Shown piece after piece: positions 38,570 to 52,320 of a stretch of DNA of 64,000 nucleotides. The translations under genes were made by a program, and so were the position numbers. The notes beneath the pieces were generated by a model that worked only from the letters and a program-made list of their open reading frames with translations, did not search any database and had not been told where the DNA came from. How positions within the stretch are numbered: position 1 is the stretch's first letter; every line of letters begins with the position of its first letter. The DNA is from Chiloscyllium plagiosum (lineage: Eukaryota), in the NCBI RefSeq assembly GCF_004010195.1, contig NC_057718.1:72345018-72409017 (forward strand), given 5' to 3'.

Positions 38570-41040
38570 TAGGGCTATCGTTGCTCCTGCTGATACTGAC
38601 TTCATTACCACCACCATGGGCCATTTAGAATGGGCATCCAGATTAATAGCATCTGTTCCTCTATCAGTCAATGTAAATCCACTGCCATAGTGTTTGAGGC
38701 CATTGCTATGGTTAAAGGGCTGGCAACGGTGCCACCTTTCTTACTAAAGCACAGAATTTGCATGATCCCACTTCCTCCTCAATCTGGAAGTGCACGTTCT
38801 GCCACCAAAAATAGCTCCTGGCTATCTCTTTCATTTGCACTCCACCAGAGTGCCTTTGGTGCATTTATTCTAGCACCATTCCTCTTAATGGGAGAGGAAT
38901 AACAATTCTCTTTCTCCACATTAAACATCTGATAGCGATAATTCCCACCTCTGGACAGGTAAGAGCATAATTCTGGACAGTTTCCATGACTGGTCCTCTC
39001 TCTCAGGACCAAGTCCATTTCTCAGCTCAAAAGCGGGACATTCCAAGTAGTGTTCAGCACCCTGACCTGCTGACACCAGAACTTTGTGGTCCCAGGAAAG
39101 GTGCATAATTTTCAGGCTCTAATCAGCAATATCTTTATTTCCTGGTAGTGGTAGACTTGACAGAGCATCTGGATTGTCCTGCTTTTCCACCTGTCTATAT
39201 TTGATTTCATATGAGTGCCCATCTGTTTAGGTGTGCTGCTGTCATTAATGGAATCCCTGTATACGGTCAAATTTGGAGATTAGAGGCCTGTGGTCGGTCA
39301 AATGCATGAAGTGCCTGCCATAACAGAAATGCATAAACATCTTTACACCAAACACAATGTTTAATCCTTCTTTTTGATCTTGGGCATAATTCTGCTCCGT
39401 CTTTGTTTTAAAGGCTTGCCTCACATTCCTGTGCATATTTCCGTGGCCAACCTTTTCCTAGCAACCAATGCAGGAGCTTTAACACATTTGCCAGATTTTT
39501 AAAAATAGAATCCCTACAGTGTGAAAACAGGCCCTTTAGCTCAACAAGTCCACACTGACCCTCCGAAGAGTAACCCACCCGGACCTATTCCCCTACGTTT
39601 ATTTCTTTATGAATCAAGTGAGCTGTCTGAATCTGGAGAATTGTGAATGGTGACATTGAGACTGTACACCTTTAAAACTGAATAACCCGTTGGGAACATG
39701 AGAATATTTTCAATGCAGCATGCTGTTTATTTCATCTTTATTTATTAGTGTTGGAAATCATAGTTGATGTTTGAGGGAATATGCACCTGCAATATTAGAA
39801 CTCTCAGACGATCTCGGTCAACATGGGTGCTGCCTCAGCTGTTTGACTAGAAGGGCATTACAGCTACACCCAATCTAAGATGAACTTGCCTTTATAATTG
39901 ACAAGTCCCAAGAAAATTCTCTGGTCATGGGGCCTCCATTTTTTTGGACGCCTTGTTTAGTCCTTTGCTATTGATTACATGGCCCATGTGTTCTGCAGAG
40001 TCTTTAAACAAATCTCACAATCTATTTAGGGATCCCTATTGATTTTTCAATCACTCCTTGTTGGAGGATCCAGTAATCAAAATATTACCTAGGTAACATT
40101 GGACCCCTGGAAACCCATTTAATATTTGATATGTGGCCCTCTGCCGGCACTGATGTGATGCCAAAAGGACATTGCTTGTAGCAAAAAAGTCCCTTGTTTC
40201 TCACCATTGTCCACAGTGACAGTCACTCCTTTGTGACCTCATCTGTAAGTAGCCCTGCAACTGATCAACTTTTAAAAATCTTTTCCCTCTTCCACTGGAT
40301 AGATCTTCTATGAGTGGAAGGGGGCTTTAATTTGCACCACCAATCCTCATTGTTTTTAAGACCAGAATGATTGGAGTGGCCCATTCACTGGTGGTTAGTA
40401 GTCCTGGTTTTTCTTCCTCAACATTCACTAGTTTCAGTGCTGCCTCCACATTAGGCTGGATAGCATAAGGTACCAGATATGCCTTCAAACTGTTAGGATC
40501 AAGCCTCTAGCTTCACCTATAATTTAATTTTGATGCCTTTCATTTTCCCCAGGGTTCCTTTGAAGACATATGAAGGCATGTCCAGGATCTCATCTTGGCA
40601 TCTGCCAAGCTATTAACCACACCTCAGTTCAACTTTAATTTTTGCAACCAGCTATGTCCAAATAATGCCTTTGAAAATGTAATGTGGAAATTCTGTACAT
40701 TGGTTCCTTCATTGTACTTTTGCCAATGTGTAGCCCTCCAGTGCCATCATTTTCTCCAGGTAAGTTTGTAGTGAAATCTTTTATGGTTTCAATGGTAATG
40801 CCCTTAACTTCTCCCTGTATACCAATTGGGAATAAAAGACACTTCTGCACCCATATCTATTTCCATTTTTAGGTCTTCCCTCTATTTTTGGAAGAACCCA
40901 GAAGCGATCAGCTTCACCCGATACTAACAGTATGTTTAACCGTAACTCCACTAACTCTGGGCCTACAACTTCTACTGCACACTCAGCTGATTCCTTGTCT
41001 ACAACCTGGCTGGCAACATGTACATTATACTTGCCGTCTG
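38570..41040 (-). mobile_element. Highly decayed Gypsy-type pol
   Basis: RNase H-like NYAQDQKEGLNIVFGVK..F..LTDHRPL at 39400-39280; other pol-like remnants. Confidence 0.65.
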
Positions 41041-41119
41041 ACTCATCTCCTGAACATAATTCTCAGATTATGCTCCCTAGTTCCAGAATACCCAATTAAT
41101 GGAAGTAGTTTATCTATCC

Positions 41120-42960
41120 TGTCTTTTCCTGTTATTATCTTTGAAGACTTCCATCAGACCACTCCTTAACCTTCTGAATTCTGGAGAAAATAGACCTAAT
41201 TTGTATAATCTCTCCTCATAGATTAACCCCTGAAGTCCAGGTATCATTCTTGGAAATCTATTTAGGAGAAAGTGAGGACTGCAGATGCTGGAGATCAGAG
41301 CTGAAAATGTGTTGCTGGAAAATCTAATTATTTTCCGTCCAAGACCACTATCTCCTTCCTAAGATGTGGTGCCCAGATCTGCTCACAGTACTCGAAGTGG
41401 GGTGTTACCAGGGTTTTGCATAACTGAAGCATGGTTCTGCATTTTAAAAACTTCAATTACAGAATGAGGGTATCACTGGTTAGGTCAGTGTTTATTGCCC
41501 ACACCAGAAGCTAGTTAAGAGTCAACCACATTGCTGTGGCTCTGGAGTCACTTTTTTAAATTAATTCATGAGATGAGGGCATCGTTGGCTAGGCTAGCAT
41601 TTTTATTGCCCATCCCTAATTGCTCAGAGGGCAGTTAAGAGTCAACCTCATTGCTGTGGGTCTGGAGTTGCAATGTAGGTCAGACCATGTAAGGATGACA
41701 GTTTCCTTCCCTAAAGGACATTAATGAACCTTTGGGATTTTCTGACAATTGACAATGGATTCATGGCAACCACTAGATTCTTAATTCCAGTTGCCATGGT
41801 GGGATTTGAACCCGGGCCCTCAGAATATTCCCTGGATTTTTGGATTAACAGTCCAGTGATAATAGGACATTGCCTCCCCGTATTGTTGGCCAGACCAGGT
41901 AAGAATGGCAGTTTTCTTTCCCAAAGGACATTAATGGACCAGATAGCTTTTTCTTGATAATCGACAATGGTTTTATGTTCCTTATTAGATTTTTAATTTC
42001 AGATTTGTGTTGAATTCAATTTCCACCATCTGCCTTTTCAGGATTTGAGCTGGGTTCCCCAGAATATTACCTGGGACTCTGGTTCAACACTCCAGTGATA
42101 ATGATACTAAGCTATTGCCATCCTTGTGGTCAAGTCCTCTTGACAAAACGGCTAGCATTCCATTAGGTTTCTTGATTATTTTCTTCCCCTGTTCAAGACA
42201 TTTTAACGATCTATGCACCTGCACCCCCAAATCTCTTTAGAAGTCAGTTGTCTAAGGCAAAGTAATTATTCATAATGTCTGCCATTTCACCATAGTTATT
42301 GTCGATATCCCCACTTTCAGTCTTTATACCATCTAGAAAGTACCTTTTTTGGTCATACTTGCTTCCACTGAATTCCATCTGCCACAGTTTTGCCCCTTCA
42401 TTTCATCTATCCCTTTGTAATTTTATACTGTCATCTGCACTGTCTGCAATGTCACTTAACTTCACATCATTAGGAAATTTGGATATATGTCTTTCTATGC
42501 TATTATTCAAGTTGTTATTAATTGAGGTTTCCCATTGATCTTAATGAGATACCACTGGTCACATCTTGCTATTTTGAGTACCTTCCCATTATCCCTACTT
42601 TGTATTACCTGCCACTCAACCAATTTCCCAGCCTTACCAGTAATTTACCCTCGATTCCAAGGACTTCTACCCTAGTTACAGACTTTTACATGGAATGTTA
42701 GCAAAAGCCTTCTGGAAGTCCGCATAAGCAACATCTGTAGGCAGTTCCCTATCCACTATCTTAGTCAGCTGTTCAAAAAACTCAAATGTTTGACAAGCAT
42801 GATTTACCTGTCATTGATCCATGCTGGCTGTCCCTAATTAATTGAAACTTTTCAAGATGTTCAGTTACCCCATCCTTGATTATAGATTCCAGCAATTTCT
42901 CACCAAAGATGTTAAGCTACTGGTCTGTAATTCCCTGGTTTTCTTATGTTTCCCTTTTGT
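41120..42960 (-). mobile_element. CR1 fragment with nested SINEs (41460-42125) and a family-A stub (about 41264-41320)
   Basis: CR1 RT motifs such as DFQKAF on the minus strand; SINEs similar to 51660-52030. Confidence 0.65.
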
Positions 42961-43539
42961 CAAATCATGTTTTTCCCTCAATCCCTCATGTTTAACTTTT
43001 CGTAGTTTTTGTTGTTCAGATTTAAGACCCTAGTTTCAAAGCAAATAACGTTGCATCTAACCATCAAGTAAAACTTGACCATATTACAGTCAGTTTGGTG
43101 AGTAAATGTGCCTGGCTTGCATTTCTGCATTGGACACACCCAAATCTAGAACCCACAGCTCTTTGAACAGTTAGAATTTTGTTAGGTACTCTGTGTCCTA
43201 ATTTAAAATAGTAAATTTTGTGGACATTGTCTGCTTACCAGCGCACATTGTCTTCACCACTGTCTGACACTATAATCAAGCAAGACATTGGCCTCCAGCC
43301 CTCTCCACTTCGGATCTCAGCCGCACAACTCCATGCCTCCGGCCCACTTCCCTCCGGCTCTCAGCTGCTCCACATTGCAACAAGTTTCTGGCCCTTTCTG
43401 GTTGTCGGTCGCTGTGCACCTATCACCCTTTTCACTTTAAAAGTGTGTCCCCTTCTTCTTGACGTTTTGACTAATGGGACACAGATTCAGAGTTGGGGGG
43501 GTGGGGGGTGGGGGGGGGGGAGGGGAGGGAGTTGGTGTT

Positions 43540-44575
43540 TAAAAGAGATGTGCAAGGCAAGCTTTTCACATAAAGTGTGGTGAGTGCCTGGAGCAGGCTG
43601 CCAGAGGAGGTGGTGGAAGCAGACACAATAGCAGTATTCAAGAAGCACCTGAATGAATATTTGAATACGAAGGGAATGGAGGGAGCCAAATCCTTTAAGT
43701 GAAAACAGTTTTAATACGGAAGGGCCAAATGTGTCGGTGCACACTTGGAGGGCTGAACAGCCTGTTCCTGAGCCAGATTGATCTTGACTTATCTGTTCTA
43801 AGAGAGTAGCTGCTTTCTATTCTCCATGTCTCTCATAATCTTATACACTTCTATAGGGACCCCCCCCAACATACTCTATTCCAAAGAAAACAACCTAAGT
43901 TTATCCAATCTCTCTTCATAGCTGAAATGTTCCATCCCAAACAACATCCTGTTGAATCTCCTCTGTAACTCCTCCAGTGCAATCACATTGTTCCTATTGT
44001 GTGAAGAGAACTGCACATAGTATTCCAGCTGTGGTTTAACCAAAGCTCTATAGAGCTCCATTATAACCTCCCTGCTCTGCTAATCTATGCCTCAGTTGAT
44101 AAAGGCAAGCATCCCGTAAGCTTAACTTCCCTATTTACCTGTCCTACCATCTTCAAGGATCAGTGCACAAGCATCCTAATAACCCTCTGAGCTTTCTGGT
44201 GTCTTGCCCTTTATTGAATACTCTGTTGTCTTATTGCTTCTTCCAGAATGCATCATGTCACATTTATCAGCATTAAATACCATCTGCCCATCTGACCAAT
44301 CCATCTATATCTTCTTGTAACTGAAGATTTGCCTCCACACTATTAGCCAACAGCCAACCTTTGTGTCATCGACAAACTTATCAGCCCCCACATTCTCATC
44401 TGCATCATTTATGAATTTCACAAACAGGGTCCCAGCACTGATCCCTGCGGAACAATGGTGTCCAGTTACACAAATAACCTTCTGCTACCATCCTTTGTCT
44501 TGTGCCACTAAGTCAATTTTGGATCCAAATTGCCAAGCAACTGTGGATTCCATGAGTTTTAATTTCTTTACCAGG
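43540..44575. mobile_element. CR1 tail (+, 43540-43770) and CR1 RT fragment (-, 43820-44575)
   Basis: LYRALVKPQLEYYVQF and KFVDDTK motifs. Confidence 0.75.
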
Positions 44576-45038
44576 ATGTGGTTGAAAGAATGTGAAAGGT
44601 TGAAAGTGTTCCATGCCCATCTGCTTTTGAAAGAAAAACGATACAGATATTACAACGGGGAGAGGTATTCAATAATATTGACATAATCAAAGGCTACGTA
44701 TTAAGGGATTTAATATCTTTCAATGTACATAAATCTGAGACATGGTTGAAATGGCTGTGATGGGTACCAAGAGTTATTTTCTTTGAAACAAAGGAGGAGT
44801 GTGGGTCTGGATGGAATGCTGTTCTGAGGGTTGATGTGGACTTGATGGGCCAAATGGCATGCTTCCACACTGTAGGGATTGTGTGATTCTATGAAAAGTA
44901 AGAATACAGTTTAACTTAAAAATGGACTTCAAAAGCTTCAATAAATATGTACGAAGGAAACGTTGGCTAAGACACGTGGATCGATTAAAGATAGAGTGAG
45001 GAATAGAGAAGTGTTTGAGAAACTAAATGATTACCTTG

Positions 45039-45714
45039 TGTTATGACATGGGGTAAACTCTTCTGCTAATTTAAACCAGACACACAGAAAAACTCACTTC
45101 GTGCCGTAATCTGTTAAATTTCGAGTGGTGAAGAACTATCCCAAATATCACTATTTAAAGAAAAACTGTAACAATTTTAATCTTTAAGTCCAAATGAGAA
45201 CATTAAATAACAATTATTTATAACTCCTTTCTCTTAAACCTATTTTTACCTCCCACTCTATAATACGGGTCCGATAAATTCCCTCTTACATTTACAGCAA
45301 ATCGATTCGGATGTTGAACTTCCTCTGTAGATTCCTCTAGGCTGTCTTCAGTCTTCTGCTGCACAACGTTCTGATTGGCGGTACCTTTCAGAGAGCTATT
45401 CTGCTGGCAGTCTGTTGGTGCTTGGCTGCTCTTTGCTTTTCTCTCCAACTGTTCAAAATGCCTGATTTTATATACCCCAAAACATTGGACCTGCTCATCC
45501 AAAACAGTAAAATTCAAATTCAATTGGATTTTGGTATCTGGGGCATAATTTAAACTGATTGGCCAAATTTGAATTTGTTGTGTCCATGACAATGCAGCTC
45601 CAGCGATATGTTTCACAGCCAAATGTTACATTTTTAAATTTTTCAGTACACTCTGTGCCAGCCAGAAGTTTCAGCTCCTTTAAAATTACAGTGCAAATCT
45701 ACAACTTCATAACA
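45039..45714. mobile_element. Solo LTR (676 bp)
   Basis: CTTG|TGTTATGA...TCATAACA|CTTG: 4-bp TSD and perfect 8-bp inverted termini; related to 52321-53978. Confidence 0.85.
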
Positions 45715-45814
45715 CTTGTGCCCATTATTACTCTGGAATACATAAGAAATCTTGCTAAATTGGAAGTCCAAGTGGCTAGAAAGAGGTGTTGAATGAAATT
45801 ATTATAAGCAAAAG

Positions 45815-46890
45815 AAATTAACTGGAAAAATTAATGAGATGGGAAGTTGATAAATCTCCAGGATCTAATAGTCTGCATCCCAAACTATTGAAGGAGTTGG
45901 TAATAGGAGGAATCAAAGCCTTGGTAATCATCTTCCAAAACTGTATAGATTCTGGAATGATTCCTGCAGATGGTAAGCTTACAGTTGTCATCCCACTATT
46001 TGAAAAAGAAAGAAGAGAAAAACAGGGAACTGTAGACCCTTTAACCTTGTCATTTGTAGAGAAAATGCTACGATCCATCATAAAGGACATGATAAAAGGA
46101 CTTTTGCATGAAAAAGATTTGATTGGGTACCGTTAGCATAGGTTTATGAATGGAAAATCCTGTTTGACAAATTTAAGATCTTTTGAAGACATTGCGAACC
46201 ATCTTAGTAAAGAGAGTCAATGTGGTATACTTGGATTATCAGAAGGCTCTTCATAAGATTCCCTAGAGGAGGGAAATTAAAGCACATGGCAAAGGTGGAA
46301 ATGTGCTGCGTGAATTAGGAATTGTCTAACAGACAGAAAACTGAGAATAAGAATACATGTCTTATCTCATATTGGCAGACTGTGATTAGTGGGATATTAG
46401 GAGAAAGTGAGGACTGCAAATCTGGAGATCAGAGCTGAAAATGTGTTGCTGGAAAAGCGCAGCAGGTCAGGCAGCATCCAAGGAGCAGGAGAATCGACGT
46501 TTCGGGCATGAGCCCTTCTTCAGGGTAGTGGGATATTGCAAGGATCAGTAATTTGGGCCCCAGTGATTCATGATACGTTTCAATAGTTTTGATAAAAAGT
46601 GTTTCCAAATTTGCACATAACACAAGCCTGAGCAGGAATGTGTATTGAGTAAGATGTAAACCATTTTTGAGAGAATTTCAACAGGGCTTAGTAAATGGGT
46701 AAGAGCTTGGCATATGCAATACAGTGTTGAAAAAATGTGAGGTTATCTTCTTTGGTAGGAAGAACAGATATGCAGAGTATTTCTTAAGTGGTCAGAGGTC
46801 AGAAGTTGTAGATGCGAAAAGGGACCTGGGTGTCCCTGTCATTAAGCCACCGAAGGCTGATATGTTATTAGGACGTTATTAGGAAGGTTA
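45815..46890 (+). mobile_element. CR1 RT fragment with a family-A insert at 46399-46525
   Basis: DKSPGSNSLHPK motif; insert has a 12-bp TSD tagtgggatatt (46387-46398, 46526-46537) and an intact hammerhead core on the minus strand. Confidence 0.8.
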
Positions 46891-47387
46891 TTAGGAAGGT
46901 TAAAGAAATCTATATGTAATCTGTTGTTTTTTGCATTTCTCAGATTTGCCTACGTGTTTGCTCTTTCATTTCTCTGTTGTGGTTGGGAATCTATGTAAAT
47001 TTCTAGGAGTATAATTTGTCCTTTTTTGGTCTTCAGTTAATCCATACATGATAAAATGCTTCTTCTTTAGAGCTATAATTGCTGTTTTGATCAGTATTGC
47101 AACCATTCTTTTTATTTGCCTATCTTTGTCTGAAAACCTTACGAGCAGAAATGTTGAGCTACCATTTGTCTTTTATTTTCAGCCTTGTCTCAGTAATAAC
47201 CATAATATCATGTATTCCAAGATAATCTGAGCTCTATTTATATGACTTATTTCCTAGACTAATTATATTGGAAGTATATACCGAACAGTACCTAATAAAC
47301 TTCATTGTCTACTCTTTTCTTCCTTTGCCTTCTGCATGCTTGTATATAATTATGTTGAACATGCATGTCTTCCAATTCTAGCATTTA

Positions 47388-50300
47388 GAACATAAGAACT
47401 AGGAGCAGGAATAGGCCATCCGGCCCTTCGAGCCTGCTCAGTCATTCAATAAGATCATGGCTGATATTTTCATGGATTCAGATCCACTTACCCGCACTCT
47501 GACCGTATCCCTTAATTCCTTTATTGTTAGAAAAATAAAATCCACCTTAGCTTTAAAAACATTTACTGAAGTAGCATCAACTACTTCACTGGGCAAGGAA
47601 ATCCATAAATTAACAGCTCTCTGGGTGAAGACGTTCCTCTCAATTCATCCTAAATCTGCTCCCTCGTTTTGTCTTAGTTTCACTTGCCAATGGAAATATC
47701 CTTTCTACTTCTACCTCATCTATTCCTTTCATAGTTTTATATGTTTCTATAAGATCCCACCCCCCATTATTCTGAATTCCAATGAATATAATCCCAATCT
47801 ATTCAGTCTCTCCTCATAAGCCAACCCCGTCAACTCTGAAATCAACCTAGTGAACCTCCTCTGCATCCCCTCCAGTGCCAGTACATTCTTTCTCAAGTAA
47901 GGAAAACAAAACTGCACACAGTATTCCAGGTGTGGCCTCACCAGCACCCTATACAGCTGCAGCGTAACCTTACTGCTTGATAAACTCAATCCCTTTATCA
48001 ATGGTGGACAAAATTCCATTTGCTGGCAGACCAATCTCTGTGATTGATGCAGAAGGACACCCAGGTCCTTCTGCATAGCAGCATGCTGCAACTTTTTACC
48101 ATTCAAGTAATCATCCTGTTTGCTGTTACTCCTACCAAAATGTATGACTTCACATTTATTAACATTGTGTTCCATCTTTTGCCAGACCTTTGCCTGCTCA
48201 CTCAAAGTATCTATGTTCCTCTGCAGATTTTCACAGTGCCGCTCATCTTAGTGTCATCTGCAAACGTAGACACCTTACACGTGGTCCCAACTTCCAACTC
48301 ATGTATATGAATTGTAAATAATTGCAGTCCCAACACCGATCCCTGAGGCACACCACTAGTCACTAATTGCCAGCCAGAATACCACTCATTTATCCCCGCT
48401 CTTTGCTTCCTATTAGTCAACCAATTCTCTCTCCATGCTAATATTTTACCCCTGACGCCATGCACCCTTGAAGGATTTTTGGAAATCCGGGTACACCACA
48501 TTGTCTGGCTCCCCATTGTCCACCTTGCTCGTAATGTCTTCATAGAATTCCAAAAGATTTGTCAAGCATGAAATGCCCTTCATGAACTCATGCTGCATCT
48601 GCCCAATGGGACACTTTCTACTGGCATGCCTTGCTATCTCTTCCTTGATAATACACTCAAGCATCCTCTCCACTGCAGAGGTAAAGCTAACCGATCTATA
48701 ATTCCCCATCTTATGTCTACCTCCCTTTTTAAACAGTGGCGTCATATTTCCTATTTTCCAATCTTCTGGGACTGCCCCAGAGTTCAGCGAATTTTGGAAA
48801 ATTACCGCCAGTGCACCTGCTATTTCTCCCGCCATCTCTTTGAATACCCTGTGATGCATTCCATCAGGGCCAGGAGACTACCTTCACCTATTTGTCAATT
48901 ACTGGCATTTTATTAGTGCCTTCCACTGTGAAGACTGATACAAAATACATTTTCAATGCCTTGGCCATTTCATCATAAATTCCCCTTCACATCCTGTAAA
49001 GGGCTAATATTTACTTTAGCCACTCTTTTTCATTTTATATATTTGTAGAAACTTTTGCTATCAGTTTTTATATTCTGTGCTAGTTTTTTCTCATGTTCTA
49101 TCATACTTTTCTTTATAGCTCTTTTTTTGTGGCTTTTTGATCTTTAAAGTTTTCCCAATCTTCTAGTTTTATGCTGTTTTGAACACTTTGTATGCCTTCT
49201 CTTTCAATTTGGTAGCCTCCTTTAGTTCCTTGGATACCAATGGAAGATTACCCCTTTTCTTACAGTCTTTCCTTTTCACTGGAATATACTTTTGCTGAGC
49301 ACTTTGAAAAATTGCTTTGAAAATCCTCCACTGCTTGTCAACTGTCCCACCGTAAAATCTTTGTTTCCAGTCTACTTTAGCCAAGTCCTCCCTTTCTATT
49401 GTAGACCTCTTTGTTCAAGCACATTGGATTTTATCTTCACATTCCCCACTAATATTCTCAATTCAACCATACGGTGATAACTCCTGCTAAGAGGATCCCT
49501 AACTATGAGGTTATTAGTTATTTCTGTCTCATTACCCAGGACCAGATCTAGGATAGCTGCTCTCTCATTGGTTCCATTACATACTGTTCAAGAAAACTAT
49601 CACTCAACAAACTCCTTCTCGAGGCTACCCTGACTGAGCTGGTTTGACCAACCTACATGTAGATTAAAATCCCCCATGATAATTGCTGAACTATTTTTAC
49701 AGGCATTAATAATTTCTTTATTTATTGTCAGCCCCAATGTGATGTTATTATTTGGTGGCCTATACACTATACCTATCAGTGACTTTTTTCTCTTAGAGTT
49801 GCTAATTTCCACCCAAATGGATTTAACCTCATTCTCCATAGAACCAATATCATCTCACAGCACTGTCCTGCTGTTGCCCTTGAGTATCAGAGCTACACCA
49901 CCTCCCTTACATTCCTTTCTGTCCTTCCAAATAGTCTGGTACCACTGGATATTTAACTCCCAGACGTGGCCATCCTGTAACCAACTCTCCGTAATGGCTA
50001 TCAAATCGTATTCATTCGTGATGATTTGTGCTGTTAACTCATCAACCTTATTACGAATGCTAAGAAGAATTCAGGTAAAATGTCTTTGTCCTAGCTTTCT
50101 TACGCTCATGATTTCCCAACATCTCAAATAATATCTCCTGAGTTATCCTTCATAGAAGAAGTTAGTTTATAGAATCCATACCGTGTGGAAACAGGCTGTT
50201 TGGCCCAACAAGTCCACACTGATCCTCCGAAGAGAAACCCACCCAGTCCCATTCCCCGACCCTAATATCCTACATTTACCCCTGACTAATGCACCTAACC

Positions 50301-50870
50301 TACACATTCCTGAGCACTATGGGACAATTTAGCACAGCCAATCCACCCTTACGTGCACGTCTTTGGACTGTGGAAGGAAACTGGAACACCCGGATTAAAC
50401 CCAAGTAGACACAGGGAGAATGTGCAGACTCTACAGAGACAGTCACCTGAGGCTGAGTTACCGTGCCACCCGAAAGCCACCGCGTGCCACCTTCCTTTTT
50501 GCTTCTTTCATAGCCTGCCTTGAACTTTAACCTTCCTGCACACATGCTAACCTGCTGCTTACCTTTTTATTTACTATCATACTCCCTGTCGCTTTCCCCT
50601 TCCCTTCGCCCCCATATTCTCTTATTTGACCTTTCTGAATTTATTCTCATGTTCCCATCCCTCAGTCAAGCTAGTTTAAATCATTACTATATTGTCTGGT
50701 TCCTTTCCAGCTTGTATAGCTCACATCTCCCCAAACACACAATCATTTGTTCTATGTTCATATTTCTGTAGCATGTGTCGGAGCGTAATTGGGAGGTTTT
50801 GCTTTTCAATCTCTCTTCAATCCCTGAACCCTGCCTTCAGAGTCTCGCCCTCCTCTCTGCTCAAATCATT
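47388..50870 (-). mobile_element. Long CR1 LINE (APE and RT, decayed) with an HE1 SINE at about 50170-50455
   Basis: IGIVYRPPN, IIMGDFNL, GNYRSVSFTS, SGVPQGSVLG and FADDTK motifs. Confidence 0.9.
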
Positions 50871-50878
50871 GATACTAA

Positions 50879-51207
50879 GGGGCAGCATGATGTCTCAGTG
50901 GTTAGCACTGCTGCCTCACAGCACCAGGGACCTGGGTTTGATTCCAGCCTCGGGCGACTGTCTGTGTAGAGTCTGCACATTCTCCCCGTGTCTGCGTGAG
51001 TTGACTCTGGGTGCTCCAGTTTCCTCCCACAATCCAAAGGTTAGGTGAATTGGCCAAGCTAAATTACCCATATTATTCAGGGATGTTGGGTAAATATAAG
51101 ATAATAGGGTAGGGGCATGGGTTTGGGTGGGTTAATCTTCGGAGGATTGGTGTGGACTTGTTGGGCTGAAGGGCCTATTTCCACACTGTAGGAATTCTAT
51201 GATTCTA
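50879..51207 (+). mobile_element. HE1-type SINE; other copies at 39505-39600, 55410-55720 and 63691-63930
   Basis: tRNA-like head cagtggttagcactgctgcctcacagcaccagggacc, HE1 body and ...ccacactgtagg tail. Confidence 0.85.
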
Positions 51208-51659
51208 TGAAGGTGTATCACCACTTCCACCCTCAATGTCCTGTGACATCTTCAAACTGAGCACCAGGGAGGAACATTCCTCTTGAATTTCAAACTCTGA
51301 GGACAGAAGACATCTCTGATGTCTACTCCCTTCCCGAATGGAGAGCGAGACAACCCTGCTGACCCCAGATACCTGCCTAGCTGTCTTTGAGTGCTTGGTA
51401 GTCATCTATTTCGTTTCTGATTGCACTCTCTTGAGCTGCTGAGTAATCAAGTCAGGAAATGTATAATTTATAAATCTGTCAACCCTGCAGATACACAAAT
51501 GTGACTTTAGCTGTCAGTCGAATTCCAAAATCTGTGATTAGAGCTGCTTTTGCTGGTGATACTTTATGCATAGTCATCCAGACTGCAAGAATGTCTAAGA
51601 GTCCCACAGGGCATGGATTTGCATTTCATGGGGCTGAGTTGCATTGCCATGCCTTTTGT

Positions 51660-52030
51660 GGGAGGCAATGGCAATATCACTGAGCTATTATTCAAGAAGA
51701 GGCCCAAGCTAATGCTCTGTAGACATAGGTTCATATTCCACTACAGCAGCTGCTGGAATTTTAAATGCACTCAGTTAATCTGGAATTGAAAACATGAGTC
51801 AGTAATGGTAACATAAACTATCATCAGTTGTTGTTAAATAATAATCTGATTTCCTTATGTTCTTTTAGGGAAAGGGATCTGCTATCTTTCCTGACCTGGT
51901 CTACTCGTGCTCCACACCCAAAGCAATTTATTTGACTCTTAACTGCCTTCTGAAACACTGAGCAAGTCAGTCTTTTCAAGGGCGGTCAGGGAAGTGCAAC
52001 AAATGTTTGCCAGCAATGCCCATATCCTAT
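51660..52030 (+). mobile_element. tRNA-derived SINE (SacSINE1/DeuSINE-like)
   Basis: gaggcaatggc head; ...tttagggaa..atctg and ttgactcttaactgcc core shared with the other copies. Confidence 0.6.
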
Positions 52031-52320
52031 AAAACCCTATGAAGTCAGCCATTCAACCAAGAGAGTCTGTTCTGTCATTTGACCACACGATGACTCATCT
52101 GGTAATCCTCAACTCTACTTCAAAGCCTTATCCCCATAACTTTTGATTCTCTTACTGATTGATTAAAATCTGTCAATCACAAACCTTAAGTATATTGATC
52201 TTCTATAAATTCAGTAAGTCTCTCAGATGGTGACCCCTGACTTGGACATTATGATGCCTGATCTTAGATTCCCCTACAATGTGGAACATGGCATAAAGAA
52301 CACAAAATGTGCAACAGTAT

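Noticed and set aside
50879..50955. tRNA gene
   Set aside because: It is the tRNA-derived head of an HE1 SINE and continues into the SINE body
51205..51484. Minus-strand ORF behind a good acceptor
   Set aside because: In-frame stop just before the ATG, runs into a SINE tail, and no recognisable family
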